A stretch of 64,000 nucleotides of DNA from Thecamonas trahens ATCC 50062. Taxonomy: Eukaryota; Protista; Apusomonadida. The stretch spans positions 248,001 through 312,000 of the forward strand of contig NW_013657675.1 of assembly GCF_000142905.1 (NCBI RefSeq), in the 5' to 3' direction. This document shows, one piece after another, positions 35,362 to 46,001 of this stretch. A model generated the notes under the pieces. It saw nothing but the letters and a program-made list of their open reading frames with translations, had not been told where the DNA came from and did not search any database. Positions within the stretch are counted from its first letter, which is position 1; each line of letters starts with the position of its first letter. The position numbers were made by a program, and so were the translations under genes.

Positions 35362-37830
35362 ATGGCCACGTCGGGCAAGGACGAGGTCGGGAGGGTTCTG
35401 CCGGTCTCAGCTGTTGTCCCGCGGGCCCACGCATCGGCTCTTGGCCCGTTCTTTGCGTCGTACTTGGTGGACCACTCGGCCGGCCACCGCAAGCTGCCGT
35501 CGCTCCAGGCTATGGTTCTGCTCGCCATGCTCAACTCGGACGAGGCTTGGTTGCAGGGCTCGCTCTTTGACTTGGCCTTTCCGCTCCGCGCTGCCGCCCT
35601 CCGCGCCCTCATCGACCACGGCACAGTGACTGCTGCCGGCAAGGTTGCCCTGCCCGACTCGGCTGCCTACGTCCTCCGCTCCGACCCGGAGCTCCTCGAT
35701 GCGCTCGACGAGTTTGTTGCTGCTCTCAAGGCCGATCTAGCAGTCATGGAGGCTGCAGAAGCCACAGAGCGTGCTGCGACCGGCAAGTCGGCAGCGTGGA
35801 CGCCTGCGGGCAAGCCAGCGCTCGCCCAGTTGCCGGTGCCGGGCGACGAGTCGCTGGCCCACCCTTCGCTGTATGCCTCAGGCATGTTTGCGTCTACAGG
35901 TGCCGCCGGCGGCGGCGACGCAAGTGGTGAGAGTAAGCCCGAGCTGGATGCGCTATCGGACGTGGATTTGACGTGCTGGCCGCAGCGGCCGGCGTCGGGG
36001 TACGTGACGCAGGTCGATCTCGACCGGTTGCGGTCGTTCACCCACCCACCACCGTTTGTTGACGCTATCTGCGAGTGCATCTGCATTCTCCTTCACCGGC
36101 CAGTCATGTTTGCGCAGCAGGTCCGACATGAGCGCCACCTCCTCCGCTACCTCGACGACATTGAGCCGTCGACGCTCACCAGCCGCGATCTCGACCGGCT
36201 CCGGCCCTACGTCCGCCACCCGCACTTTCACAATCCGGAGCTCGCCCAGCGAGTCTCCGAGTCTGCCGCCGGCCTTGCTGCGCTGGTTGTCGACATCTAC
36301 AAGTACGCCCGCTTTGCCGAGCACCCGCAGCTCTCGCTCGTCCGCCACCTCTACAAGCGGGTCTATGCGCTTCAGTCGCAGCTCCTCCACGTCGAGTCGG
36401 TCTCGTACTCGCACCGCTACATGGGCTCGGCCGCGCGTGGCGTCGACCTCTTCCTCTCGCTTGATGACTCTGGTTCGCCGCGGCGAATTCGGCGCGGCGG
36501 CTCGCAGATCTCGCTCGGCCGCTCCCTCGCGCCGTCGGCGTCACGGACGACGCTCTCGGTCCGGTCGGCCGGCTCGTCGGTCCTCCCGCTCCCGTCACGC
36601 GACGGGGCGCTGGCCGACCTTGGCATCCTCAAGCTTGCCGACGTCATTGAGCTGCAGACATACCACGCGCCGCCGCCGCGGACCGCCGCCGTCCTCGAGG
36701 GCTTACTCCTGGTCCTCGGCCGCGACTCGGACGCCGCGCCGTGGAAGCCTGACGGCCCGGCGGGCCAGGTCGAGCACTATGGCTCGCAGACTCTGCGGCG
36801 GCTCCGGTCGGCCAAGCTTGTCCACGCCATCGCCACGCTCGACCCGCGGCTGCTGGCGCCCGACGTTGTCGACGAGCTCAAGCGACTCGTGACCGACCCG
36901 TTCATGGGCGAGGAGGAGCTCTGCCGCGAGTCGTTCCCGGCCGCCAAGCTCTTCCGCTGGCTGCAGTGTGTCTACGTCCTTGCCCGAAGCGAAGTCAAAT
37001 CGCTCGAGGCCGCAGCCAGGGCCGAGGAGGCTCAGGCAGCCGCTGCTGGTGCTGTCGGCGACGCTGTCAAGGCCACTTCGGATCTCACCACTCCCACCGG
37101 CGAGCCGATCACCCGCGGCGCCCGGGTTGTGGTCCGCGGCTACCTCGGGACCGTCCGCACACTCACCACCACCCAGTTTGACCCGGTCGGCAAGTGGGTC
37201 GGCGTCGAGTTTGACGAACGGGTCGGCAAGAACGATGGCTCGGTTGACGGCGTCCGCTACTTTGAGTGCCCGCCCAAGCACGGCCTCTTTGTCCGCCCGG
37301 CCCGTGTGGAGCTGTTCCACCCACCGCCGCCGCAGGTCAAGGATCCGGTCTCGGCTGTCCACGAGCGCAAGAAGCTCGATGGTCGCTCCTCTCTTTCGCC
37401 ATCGGCCCGCCACGCCCACGCCCGCAAGCGCCTGCTTGGCCTCGACGGCGCCCGCTCGCCGCGCCGCCGCGCCGCGCAACAGCAGCCCGACGACAATGAC
37501 ATCCCGCGCCCGCCCGCTGATCTCGGCGACGCCGTCCTTTGCATCGTCCCCTCGGCGCCGGCCCTGGCCCCGGGCACCGTCCGCTTCAAGGGCAAGGTCG
37601 GTTTTGCTGCCGGCCTCTGGTACGGCATCGAGCTTGATGAGCCTGTCGGCCGCACGGATGGCACCGTCAACAACGAGTGGTACTTCCTCGCTCTCCCCGA
37701 TCACGGCGTCTTTCTCAAGCGCGCCCGCTTCGCCCTCACCTCTGCACCCGCCGAGGTGGCCGCCGCCACGGCCGAGTTACAGCGCCTCCGCCATGACAGC
37801 GACGTCGGCGCTTCGCCCGCGAGCACCTGA
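35362..37830 (+). CDS. Protein with two dynein-heavy-chain MTBD-like domains and two CAP-Gly domains
   Basis: DLDRLRSFTHPPPFVDAICECICILL..PELAQRVSESAAGLAALVVDIYKY; DVIELQTYHAPPPRTAAVLEGLLLVL..ESFPAAKLFRWLQCVY; WVGVEFDERVGKNDGSVDGVRYF; WYGIELDEPVGRTDGTV. Confidence 0.8.
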   Translation: MATSGKDEVGRVLPVSAVVPRAHASALGPFFASYLVDHSAGHRKLPSLQAMVLLAMLNSDEAWLQGSLFDLAFPLRAAALRALIDHGTVTAAGKVALPDSAAYVLRSDPELLDALDEFVAALKADLAVMEAAEATERAATGKSAAWTPAGKPALAQLPVPGDESLAHPSLYASGMFASTGAAGGGDASGESKPELDALSDVDLTCWPQRPASGYVTQVDLDRLRSFTHPPPFVDAICECICILLHRPVMFAQQVRHERHLLRYLDDIEPSTLTSRDLDRLRPYVRHPHFHNPELAQRVSESAAGLAALVVDIYKYARFAEHPQLSLVRHLYKRVYALQSQLLHVESVSYSHRYMGSAARGVDLFLSLDDSGSPRRIRRGGSQISLGRSLAPSASRTTLSVRSAGSSVLPLPSRDGALADLGILKLADVIELQTYHAPPPRTAAVLEGLLLVLGRDSDAAPWKPDGPAGQVEHYGSQTLRRLRSAKLVHAIATLDPRLLAPDVVDELKRLVTDPFMGEEELCRESFPAAKLFRWLQCVYVLARSEVKSLEAAARAEEAQAAAAGAVGDAVKATSDLTTPTGEPITRGARVVVRGYLGTVRTLTTTQFDPVGKWVGVEFDERVGKNDGSVDGVRYFECPPKHGLFVRPARVELFHPPPPQVKDPVSAVHERKKLDGRSSLSPSARHAHARKRLLGLDGARSPRRRAAQQQPDDNDIPRPPADLGDAVLCIVPSAPALAPGTVRFKGKVGFAAGLWYGIELDEPVGRTDGTVNNEWYFLALPDHGVFLKRARFALTSAPAEVAAATAELQRLRHDSDVGASPAST

Positions 37831-37969
37831 AAACGCACACCGTTGCTGCTACTGCTCCGTGAAGCACGTCAGCCATGCCGCTGTCAGTTGCCTCGATAAA
37901 AGATGACTGCCCGCAGCTTGCTCCACCACAAGTCCGCTTTTCTTCACACCTGACCCCAACTTTCTTACC

Positions 37970-38996
37970 ATGAAGCTCATTGCCTCTATCGCTGTGCTCT
38001 CGCTCATCGTCGCCATCGCCTCGGCCCACATGCACATTACTGGTGCGGGCACGTCGGCCAACCCTACCGCTACCGTCGGTGTACGTTCTGCTCTGCTCTC
38101 GCTCCGCTCCCGCCAGCCTTGTCTATCGCCAGTAGCCGCGCTTGTTTGCGAATGGGGCTGACGTGAGGCAACAACATTTTTTGGGGGGGAGGGCGCTGCT
38201 CATACGCTACCCCAACCAGCCCGTCCGCCCCATTCTCCCCCCCCCCCCCCCTCCCCTCCCTCCCTCACCACCACCGCCTGAATCTTACGCCAGCTCTGAT
38301 GGACGAGCTATATGGCTCGTGCTGGCTGCAAGCGTCCGCTTGGCCTGTCGTCGTTGTGGCAAAAACGGCTGAACGGAAAGGGGTGCAAAAGGTGCCTTTT
38401 TTTCGGTGGGCAACCCACAGCGGAGGCAGAAAAGTTGTCCCCTCCCCCTGCCACTCACACTGCCCCCCCCCCCCCCCCCCGTCCATACGCGAACACAGCT
38501 CCGCGGGACTGATGCTGCTGGCGCCAACGCCGGTGACATCGGCTACTCGGGCTCCGGCCCCAAGGGTGGCAACCAGGCCAAGTGCGGCACTGGTGCTGCC
38601 AACGTTCCCCGGACCGACCGCCTCTCCATTGCTCCCGGTGCCACGCTCCACATTGCCGGCACCGTTGTTGTGACCCACGGCGCCAACCGCATTAACTTCA
38701 ACGGCACTGCCGGCGCCAACCCGAACTTCTCCACCACCACTGGCACCATGCTTTTCACTGCCGCCACCGACATCACTACGGACGGCACTAACTGGAGCTA
38801 CTCGGCTGCTGTCCCGTCGACTGCCTCGGGCGATTACACCATCCAGGTCACCTGGCCCTCGAACGGCGGCTACTACCAGTGCGTCGACCTCAACGTCAAC
38901 CGCCCGTCCGGTTCGGCTGCCTCGACCGTCGCCCCGGCCTCGACCTTTGTTGCTGTCTTTGTCGCTGTCATTGCCTTTGTTGCCGCCCTCCTCTAA
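37970..38996 (+). CDS. Secreted, probably GPI-anchored histidine-brace copper protein (X325/Bim1/LPMO-like); exons 37970-38080 and 38499-38996
   Basis: Signal MKLIASIAVLSLIVAIASA|H; phase-0 intron GTACGT...ACACAG; KCG, VVVTHG, YTIQVTW, YYQCVDL; hydrophobic C-terminus with no cytosolic tail. Confidence 0.72.
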
Positions 38997-39119
38997 TCGG
39001 TCGCGCCGCGCATCATCTGCTCAAGCTCTTCACGAGCGCATGTCTGCCCGTAGCCGTCATCGCTTTGACACTCACGAGTACATGCGTCCGTCTTTTTGCT
39101 CCACTTGCTCCCCCACACA

Positions 39120-40547
39120 CTACTGCACCGAGCCAATGCTGCGCCGCGGCGACGCGGCGCACGGAAGACGGCCGTACACAAGCGAGAGTGCCAGCGCGAG
39201 GTAGCCCGAGAGCGGAAGGATGGCCACAAAGAGCCACTTGTGCCAGAGTGACAGAAGAATACCAACGACGAGGGTGAGCGGCAGGTTGAACGAGAACACA
39301 ACGTTGCGCTTGAGGCGAGCGATGAGCGCCTCGGCCTCGTCCACGTCCGACTCGGTGGTGGTCAGCAGCCACGTGCCCTCGTGCGATCCTCCACTCGGGA
39401 CACGGTTATTCAAACTGCGCAGCGCCTTGTACAGGCGCCACCCTGCCATGGCGCTAAGGAGAATAGCGGCGCTGCCAGCAATGGCAACAAAGATGCCGAT
39501 GGCCAGCGGCGAGTCGTCCGACTGTCCGTAGAGGATGAGCAGGTTCGAGCCAAACGGCATGAGCGCCACAAAGATGAGATGGACATTGTTGAGCCGCTCG
39601 ACCATACGCGGCAGGGTCTCGGCATCATGCATCAGCGAGTAGTGCCCCATCCACAGCAGCCCCACAACGTATGCGCAGATGACGTAAGAGAGCAGGGCAG
39701 TGCCCTCGTGAGAAAGAAACGCGGTGAGGCCAGCGTCCGAGAGGCCCGGCGGCGCCGCTGGCAGGTCCAGCACAATCAGTGTTGACGAAATAGCATACAC
39801 GCCGTCGGAAAAGAAAATGACTCGATCGCCGTCCGGCACGTCGTCACTTGCCTGCGACTCAGCTGGCTCGATGCCAAGCATCTGCTGGACGTAACCCGAG
39901 TTGGCGGCGGCGCGCCCAGCAAGGTAGATGATGAGGAATAGGTTGACACTTGAGCCGAGCGACCAGGCACACGAGACGGCAGCGATGCAGGCAGCAATGA
40001 GCGCGCCAATGCGGAGCAGGATGACCGAGTTGCCCGCATGCTCCCACCCCAGTGCAACCGAGGCGTAGACCGCTGTGACGAGGCGGACAACGGCGATGTA
40101 GCCGAGAAGGCCGTAGAAGAGCGCCAACGCCACCGGCTGCTCCTTGTTTCCGGTCACCAGTGCAGCGACAAACGGCAGAAATGATAGCGAGAGGAGAAAG
40201 GCAAAGTTGAGATACAGCATGAGCGGCTTCATGACGAGGCCCGGAAGGAAGAGGGCGCGATGCGCGCGCCAGAAGAGCGAGATGTAGATAAAGGTGACGA
40301 CAAAGGTGCCCATCGTCGTGTACATGTTCTTCTCGTCCATCACCTCGCGCAGCGTCTTGCCCTCGCCCTCCTCGCTCTCTACTTTGAGCGGCAGAACCAG
40401 GATGGTTGCAATGATCGACATGACTGCGTCCGTGTACGCCATCAGTCGCTCCGAGTCGAGTCGTCGGTACGCCTCGATGCGGTGCCCGCTACCCTGTCCG
40501 CTGTCACCAGCCACACTCGCCCCGCCTGTGGTCGCTAGCCCTGCCAT
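39120..40547 (-). CDS. TMEM175: TMEM175-family endolysosomal K+/H+ channel, two-repeat form
   Basis: ERLMAYTDAVMSIIATILVLPL..FWRAH..LN..FLPF and DRVIFFSDGVYAISSTLIVLDL..LWMGH..LNN..LMPF. Confidence 0.88.
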   Translation of the reverse strand: MAGLATTGGASVAGDSGQGSGHRIEAYRRLDSERLMAYTDAVMSIIATILVLPLKVESEEGEGKTLREVMDEKNMYTTMGTFVVTFIYISLFWRAHRALFLPGLVMKPLMLYLNFAFLLSLSFLPFVAALVTGNKEQPVALALFYGLLGYIAVVRLVTAVYASVALGWEHAGNSVILLRIGALIAACIAAVSCAWSLGSSVNLFLIIYLAGRAAANSGYVQQMLGIEPAESQASDDVPDGDRVIFFSDGVYAISSTLIVLDLPAAPPGLSDAGLTAFLSHEGTALLSYVICAYVVGLLWMGHYSLMHDAETLPRMVERLNNVHLIFVALMPFGSNLLILYGQSDDSPLAIGIFVAIAGSAAILLSAMAGWRLYKALRSLNNRVPSGGSHEGTWLLTTTESDVDEAEALIARLKRNVVFSFNLPLTLVVGILLSLWHKWLFVAILPLSGYLALALSLVYGRLPCAASPRRSIGSVQ

Positions 40548-40753
40548 GTTGCGCAAGCGTGGTTGCTGCTGCTGAGACTTGGCTAACCTTGGAAGAGCGA
40601 GGTGCTAGCATGCCTGCGTGCACATGCAAGTTGCCTGACCAACCGGAGACTAAAACAGGCTGCCACCACCCCGCCCCCCCCCCTTCCCTCCCAACCCCCC
40701 TCCCTGCACTCGCCTGTGTTCAACCTCGATCACGGCCGCGCCTGCCCTCTCGG

Positions 40754-41683
40754 CTACAAACGCGACGATTCGAGGCCGGCCAGTACATCCAGCCGAAGCT
40801 TGAGCTCAACGAGGAGCTCCTGTGGCACGGTGTGGCCGTCGTTGAACTCGATAAACTCGACGGACGCGCCACCGCTGCGAAAGAGCTCGGCGAGCTCGAC
40901 GCCACCGTTGTAGGGAAGGATGGGATCGGCGGTGCCGTGCGACTGGATGACGTCAAGCGGGGCCGAGCGGGTGGCGAGTGCATCGGTCCAGGCCGATTTG
41001 GCGACGGCGCGGCCGGACATGACCACCAGAAGAGACGGATCAACCGGGAGGTCGGCGGCACGAGTGAGCGCGACATGCGAGGCAAGCATCGAGCCCTGCG
41101 AAAAGCCAGCGAGAACGAGGGCAGCTCCGTCGGCGGCAGTGGCCATGGCGTCGGCAATGAGTGCGACGAGCGCGTCGGTGGCGGCATCAATACCCTCGGG
41201 CACTTCATCGTCGATGGTGTGGAGCTGGCCCGAGAGCCGCAGCATCATCAGCCGCGGCATGTCGAGCGGCCACCACGCATACGAGCCTCCGCCGAGCGAC
41301 ACAATGCCCTGTGGAAAGATCATCCGCGCCGGTGCGGCGGCCGGATCGGCCGGGATGAGCGACGAGCCGAGCGGCGCCAGATCGTTCTCGCTCGCCCCAA
41401 ACCCGTGGCAGACCACCACCACAACCGCGGGCCTCTCGCCATCGCGGCAGGTAGAGACATCGATGGCGTCGACGCCCGCGATGGTGACCCTCTTCCGCGT
41501 CGTCCGCCTCGGACCTGTCTCGGTGCTCGCGCCACCGTCTCGGCTGGCCGCGCCTGCTGCCTCGGCCGCCTCCACCGCCGCCACCAACTCGCTCTTCTCC
41601 ACCAACCCGACTGCGCTGCCGCCCGCCGCCGCCAGCCGTCGCTTCAGCTCCTTGACCGAGAGGCTACCCAGACCTGTATCCAT
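40754..41683 (-). CDS. Phospholipase/carboxylesterase (APT1-like alpha/beta hydrolase) with N-terminal SAP-like motif
   Basis: CHGFG, AWWPLD, GFSQG, HGTADPIL, GHTV triad motifs; N-terminal LSVKELKRRL..GLVEKSELV. Confidence 0.85.
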   Translation of the reverse strand: MDTGLGSLSVKELKRRLAAAGGSAVGLVEKSELVAAVEAAEAAGAASRDGGASTETGPRRTTRKRVTIAGVDAIDVSTCRDGERPAVVVVVCHGFGASENDLAPLGSSLIPADPAAAPARMIFPQGIVSLGGGSYAWWPLDMPRLMMLRLSGQLHTIDDEVPEGIDAATDALVALIADAMATAADGAALVLAGFSQGSMLASHVALTRAADLPVDPSLLVVMSGRAVAKSAWTDALATRSAPLDVIQSHGTADPILPYNGGVELAELFRSGGASVEFIEFNDGHTVPQELLVELKLRLDVLAGLESSRL

Positions 41684-42102
41684 CCCTGTAAGACGTATGT
41701 GTTGTGCGGGAGAGAGATTGTAGCACGTCGTGGTGCTAAGGGCTTGTCCGCCGCGCCTCGTCACACACACCGACCGAGCCTGACGACCACACCCATGATG
41801 GCACGGCCATTCGGTCCAGCTCATCTCATGACTACGCCAGACCACATCTTCACCATGCAGGTCATTTGCCATCTGCTATCGTCTTGTGCGATGTAACTTG
41901 ATCAGTCGTGCTTGCTCCTACTCGTCGAGGAGGTCAAAGGCAGCTTTGGGCCAACGACCGGCAGCGGCCAACGCCAGTTACGCCCACAAGACGACAACGG
42001 ACGTCACGAGAAGAGCTACACTTCACCACCACACCCAAGACACATCGAAGAAGAGCGCCAAGTCCAAAAAGACAAGACACTCAGCCAGTACACCCTCCCG
42101 TC

Positions 42103-43035
42103 ATGGCCTCCAGACAACGACCAGCTGCCCCGCTCTACCGCAACGTCCAGTCACGCATTGCGGCAGGCACTCGCTCGCGGGCTGCTCTCCCGCCGCTCGA
42201 CTACTCGTTCAAGGAGCTGACCGATGTCCTGTCGATTGTCCATGAAGAGCCGCGATCGGGCTATCGGAGGATTGTCGAGATCGATGATGAGGAGATGGAG
42301 GCTGCCGCTCGCCAGGCTGCCGTCCTCGGTGGCGTGGCTGGCGACGATGGCGATGATGTTGAGGCTGGTGCTTCGGCCAAGGCTCTGTCAGGCCCACAGA
42401 CCAAAGGTCGCGGCAAGGGGAAGGCGCCCTCGCGTCCGCCGGGCATCACCACTGCCATCCGACTCTGCAACAACTACCTGTCGTCGCTCGATGGTCTCGA
42501 GGAGGCTCTTGCCGAGGTACTTGACGAACCGGCAGAGCTCAAGTGGATCGACCTCTCGTTCAACGCCCTCGTCGACATCGACGAGGTCCTCACCTTTTTC
42601 CCGCACCTCACCACCCTCTACCTCCACGGCAACAACATTGGCGCCCTGCCCGATGCTGACAACGACGACGACGTCGCCGCTGTCGCCCTCGCCAACGACA
42701 ACACTCTTCTGGGTGGCGGCGGGCCCGGGGACAACGACGACGATGATGCCGCCGCCGCTGCCGCCGCCGCTGCTACTGCACGCCGTCGCCGCCGCAAGCG
42801 TGTCAGCCTCGACATGGTCGACAAGCTTGGCCTCTTGCCCAACCTCAAGGCGCTGACCCTGCACGGCAACCCAATCGAGTCGCACCCGCACTACAAAAAC
42901 TACGTGCTCTCGGTCTGTCCCTCGCTCCGGCACCTCGACTTTACCGGCGTGACCCGCGCGGACCGCGCCGCTGCGCAGGCTTGGGCCTCGATGCATCGCG
43001 CCCGCTACCGTGCCCGCTCCCGCCCATCGCCGTAA
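42103..43035 (+). CDS. LRRC51: Leucine-rich repeat protein 51-like
   Basis: PPLDYSF, EEPRSG, LKWIDLSFN, LYLHGNNI, VDKL..LTLHGNPIE, LDFTGVT.ADR. Confidence 0.78.
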   Translation: MASRQRPAAPLYRNVQSRIAAGTRSRAALPPLDYSFKELTDVLSIVHEEPRSGYRRIVEIDDEEMEAAARQAAVLGGVAGDDGDDVEAGASAKALSGPQTKGRGKGKAPSRPPGITTAIRLCNNYLSSLDGLEEALAEVLDEPAELKWIDLSFNALVDIDEVLTFFPHLTTLYLHGNNIGALPDADNDDDVAAVALANDNTLLGGGGPGDNDDDDAAAAAAAAATARRRRRKRVSLDMVDKLGLLPNLKALTLHGNPIESHPHYKNYVLSVCPSLRHLDFTGVTRADRAAAQAWASMHRARYRARSRPSP

Positions 43036-43041
43036 CCTCAT

Positions 43042-46001
43042 CTATGACGACGACGCGTACTCGTACTCATACGCCGTTGTGCCGGGTGTGTTGTAGCCGC
43101 CGGTCGGTGCTGCCTTTCCTGCCGCCAGCGCCTCGACGTTGTCAAAGTGCAGCGTCTCGGCCGCGCCAAGCCGCTCGCGAATGCCCTCGAGCTGCTCGTG
43201 CGAGACTGGTGTCTCCAGCACATACAGCTCACGGAGGGCAGCCGCCACCGACACCACCAGCGCGACCACAAACAGTGTCGCCACAATCGCAAACACGATC
43301 TCGTCCATCGACGCCGTCTCTGGCAAGCTTCCCGACTGGAAGAGCAAGCCGGCGAGGAGGAGAACGCCGATGATGCCCTGCAGCAGCGCGTCGAGCTGGT
43401 TTGCCAGCCCGTACTCGTACGGACCCACCACGAGGTGCGCCACCAGAAAGCCGACTACCGTCGCGAGCGCTCCTGCAGCCTGCACCAGCGTAAACGTGGT
43501 GAGAAAGTACGCCCACGCAAGGAGTGCAGCCTTTCGCGCAAAATGAATCGCCTCCCACCAGTAAACCTCGGGCCGGTACCGGAGGTAGAGCGGGCCGAGG
43601 TAGGCGTAGATCGCATCGCCGTGCGGCGTGACCGCGTACAAATGTCGCGACCGCTCGATGAGGACCACAAGTAGGACCACAGGAATACCGACGGCGTACA
43701 CAAAGACGCCCAGAACCGCTGCGGGGAGCAACTCGTACCAGCTTGATCCGTAGCATACAATGTCTGCAGACGCATCGAGCGTGTACGATCCGTCCGGCTG
43801 CTTGGTGCAGTCAAAGAACGAGAGCGCTGCCCCGGCAACCGAGACATACACAAACATGAGAAAGGTCATGTAGGCAGGCACCAGTCGCCGCTTCAGCGCA
43901 CGGCCGAGTCCGAGATACGACCATCCGTCTGCGCAACACTTAAGCCCGAGCGTCGCCCCGCTCCGAACTGCTGCGTACACTGCGCCAAAGAGAGCTGCTA
44001 CCACCACAGGAAGCAGAAGCTTGAACAGCCAGAACGTCCGCCACTTCATCTCCACATAGCAGTTGGCCGCCGTCAGCTCCGGGTTGAGATTGAAGCCCGA
44101 GCAGTCGTTAAAGAACAGGACAAGGTGCTGCGGCCACTCGAGCTGGAACAGCGGGAGAATGGCAACCGTCTGCACAAAGTTGATCGCCACAGGCACACAC
44201 GCAAAGTGCCTGTAGAACCGCGCAAGCTCGCCGGACGCAAGGAGGAAGAGCACAAGGAGCGCCACACCCACAAGCATGTTGAGCTCCGGTGCCGCCGGGC
44301 ACTCAAAGCACCGCGAGTTGAGCTCGTAGTGGCTTCCCTTGGCGCACGATGAGCAGAGCTCGCCCGCGTACCCAGTCCGGCACTGGCTCGGTGCTGCTCC
44401 GCCAAGGCACGCCACAGGCTGAGGGCACTTGTACGCCACTGCGCCGCGATCCGACGATGCCGCAAAGAAGCCTGCCATCGCGCCCGGTGCCCTTCCGCCC
44501 ATGCACACCCCGCCCTCTGGGCACGCGCTGCAGAGCCCGGTCGCGGCATCGCCGTAGTAGCCCGGCCCACACACGCACGCCTCACGCGACGTCGCACCCG
44601 CCGAGCTCGTCACCGCGCCGACTGGGCATGCCTCGCACCGCGTCGACGTCGGATCGCTGAGGTACATTCCATGCGGACAGGCGTACGTTGCCGCCAGCGA
44701 GAACGTCGCCGCGCCCGACGCCGCGCCCACACCCACATAGTACCGCGAACTCGTCGCACTCGCCACGACGATCGTCTGGCGTGCGCTCGCATCGTCTTCG
44801 CTCGACACATACGTGGCCTCCCCTGCCCGCGGAAACCGCATCACCTCGTCGCCGGTCCCATTACCAGAGTTAGCATACAGCTTGATAGAGCCAGCAGCCG
44901 GCGCACCGGGAATTGGAAGGCTCGCAGACGAGCCTGTGATGACAAGCTCGCCGCCGGGCGTCTCCAACTCGACCGTAAAGTATGCGTAGCCGACTGCCGA
45001 TGCCGGCACCGTCGGGAGGATCCGGTGGATGCCAAGGACGCCGTTGCTGGGGGCGGGCGCAGGCGTCGGCGACGGCGTCACCGAGCCGCGGACAGTAAAG
45101 GTCCGCACGTTCGACATAGCGCTCACGGCCCCGTTGGTCGCCTGCACCGCCCACGCGTACGTCGTGCCTGGCTGAATCGACGCCTGCGTGAGGACAAGAA
45201 ACGGCTCGTGCGACGCCGTCAGCCCCGACCCAACCTGCCCCGGTGCATCAAAGCTGGCATTCAGCGGCGCAAGCGATGAGCCCTCGCGGACGAGCACGCG
45301 GTACTTCCATCCGCTAGCTTCGGTCGAGCCTGTACCGCCGGCCTCGGCCGCAAGCGCGGCGCAGTTGACGCCCCATTCCGAGACCGGCTCCCAGCTGAGA
45401 CGGACGCCGACGTCCACCGCCGCGCCGGCTGCCGGTGAAATAAGCTGCGGCGTCTCGGGCGGGGCTGGCGCCGTGCAGCTCACTAGCGAGAGGAGCCATC
45501 CAAGGTTGGCGGCCGTCGTCGACTGGAAGAACAACACATTTGGCGCCGTCAGCTCGCGGGTCATCAGCACAGCCGATCCGCCCGACGGAATGACGTCGCT
45601 GCCCGAGCCAAACGCGCTCGCCGCCACAGAATTGCCATCGCCCGATGGCATCCCTCCCCCTGACGTGTGCCCGAAGACCACGCCGGGCGTCGTTGTCAGG
45701 TACACCGTGTGCGGCGACTCGTTGACAAGCGTGTAGTTGCGTCCAACCAAAAGCGTTGCCCCGCCCGACGCATCGTACGGACCACCAGGCCCACGCGAGA
45801 GCCCAATGAGCGCTCCCGTCGTCGTCGCATCCCGCCATCCGGGCTTGAGTGCCCCTCCCGACGCAGTACCCAGATACAGCCGCTGCTCGTGGGCCGCACT
45901 CGCCTCGGCTTGGCCCGCCCCGCCACCACCACCACCATCGCCACCGCCACCGTCACCACCAACGCCATACACACACGCGCTGCTACTTGGAACATCCGCA
46001 T
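43042..46001 (-). CDS. Multi-pass receptor-like protein: signal peptide, FN3-like domain, Cys-rich GCC/ephrin-receptor-like repeats, 7+ TM region; frameshift ~45918-45921
   Basis: The signal MRMFQVAARVCMALVVTVAVAMVVVVAG is in the adjacent frame. PGTTYAWAVQA, CEACPVG..GATSREACVCGPGYY, GYAGELCSSCAKG, LGPLYLRYRPEVYWWE. Confidence 0.75.
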
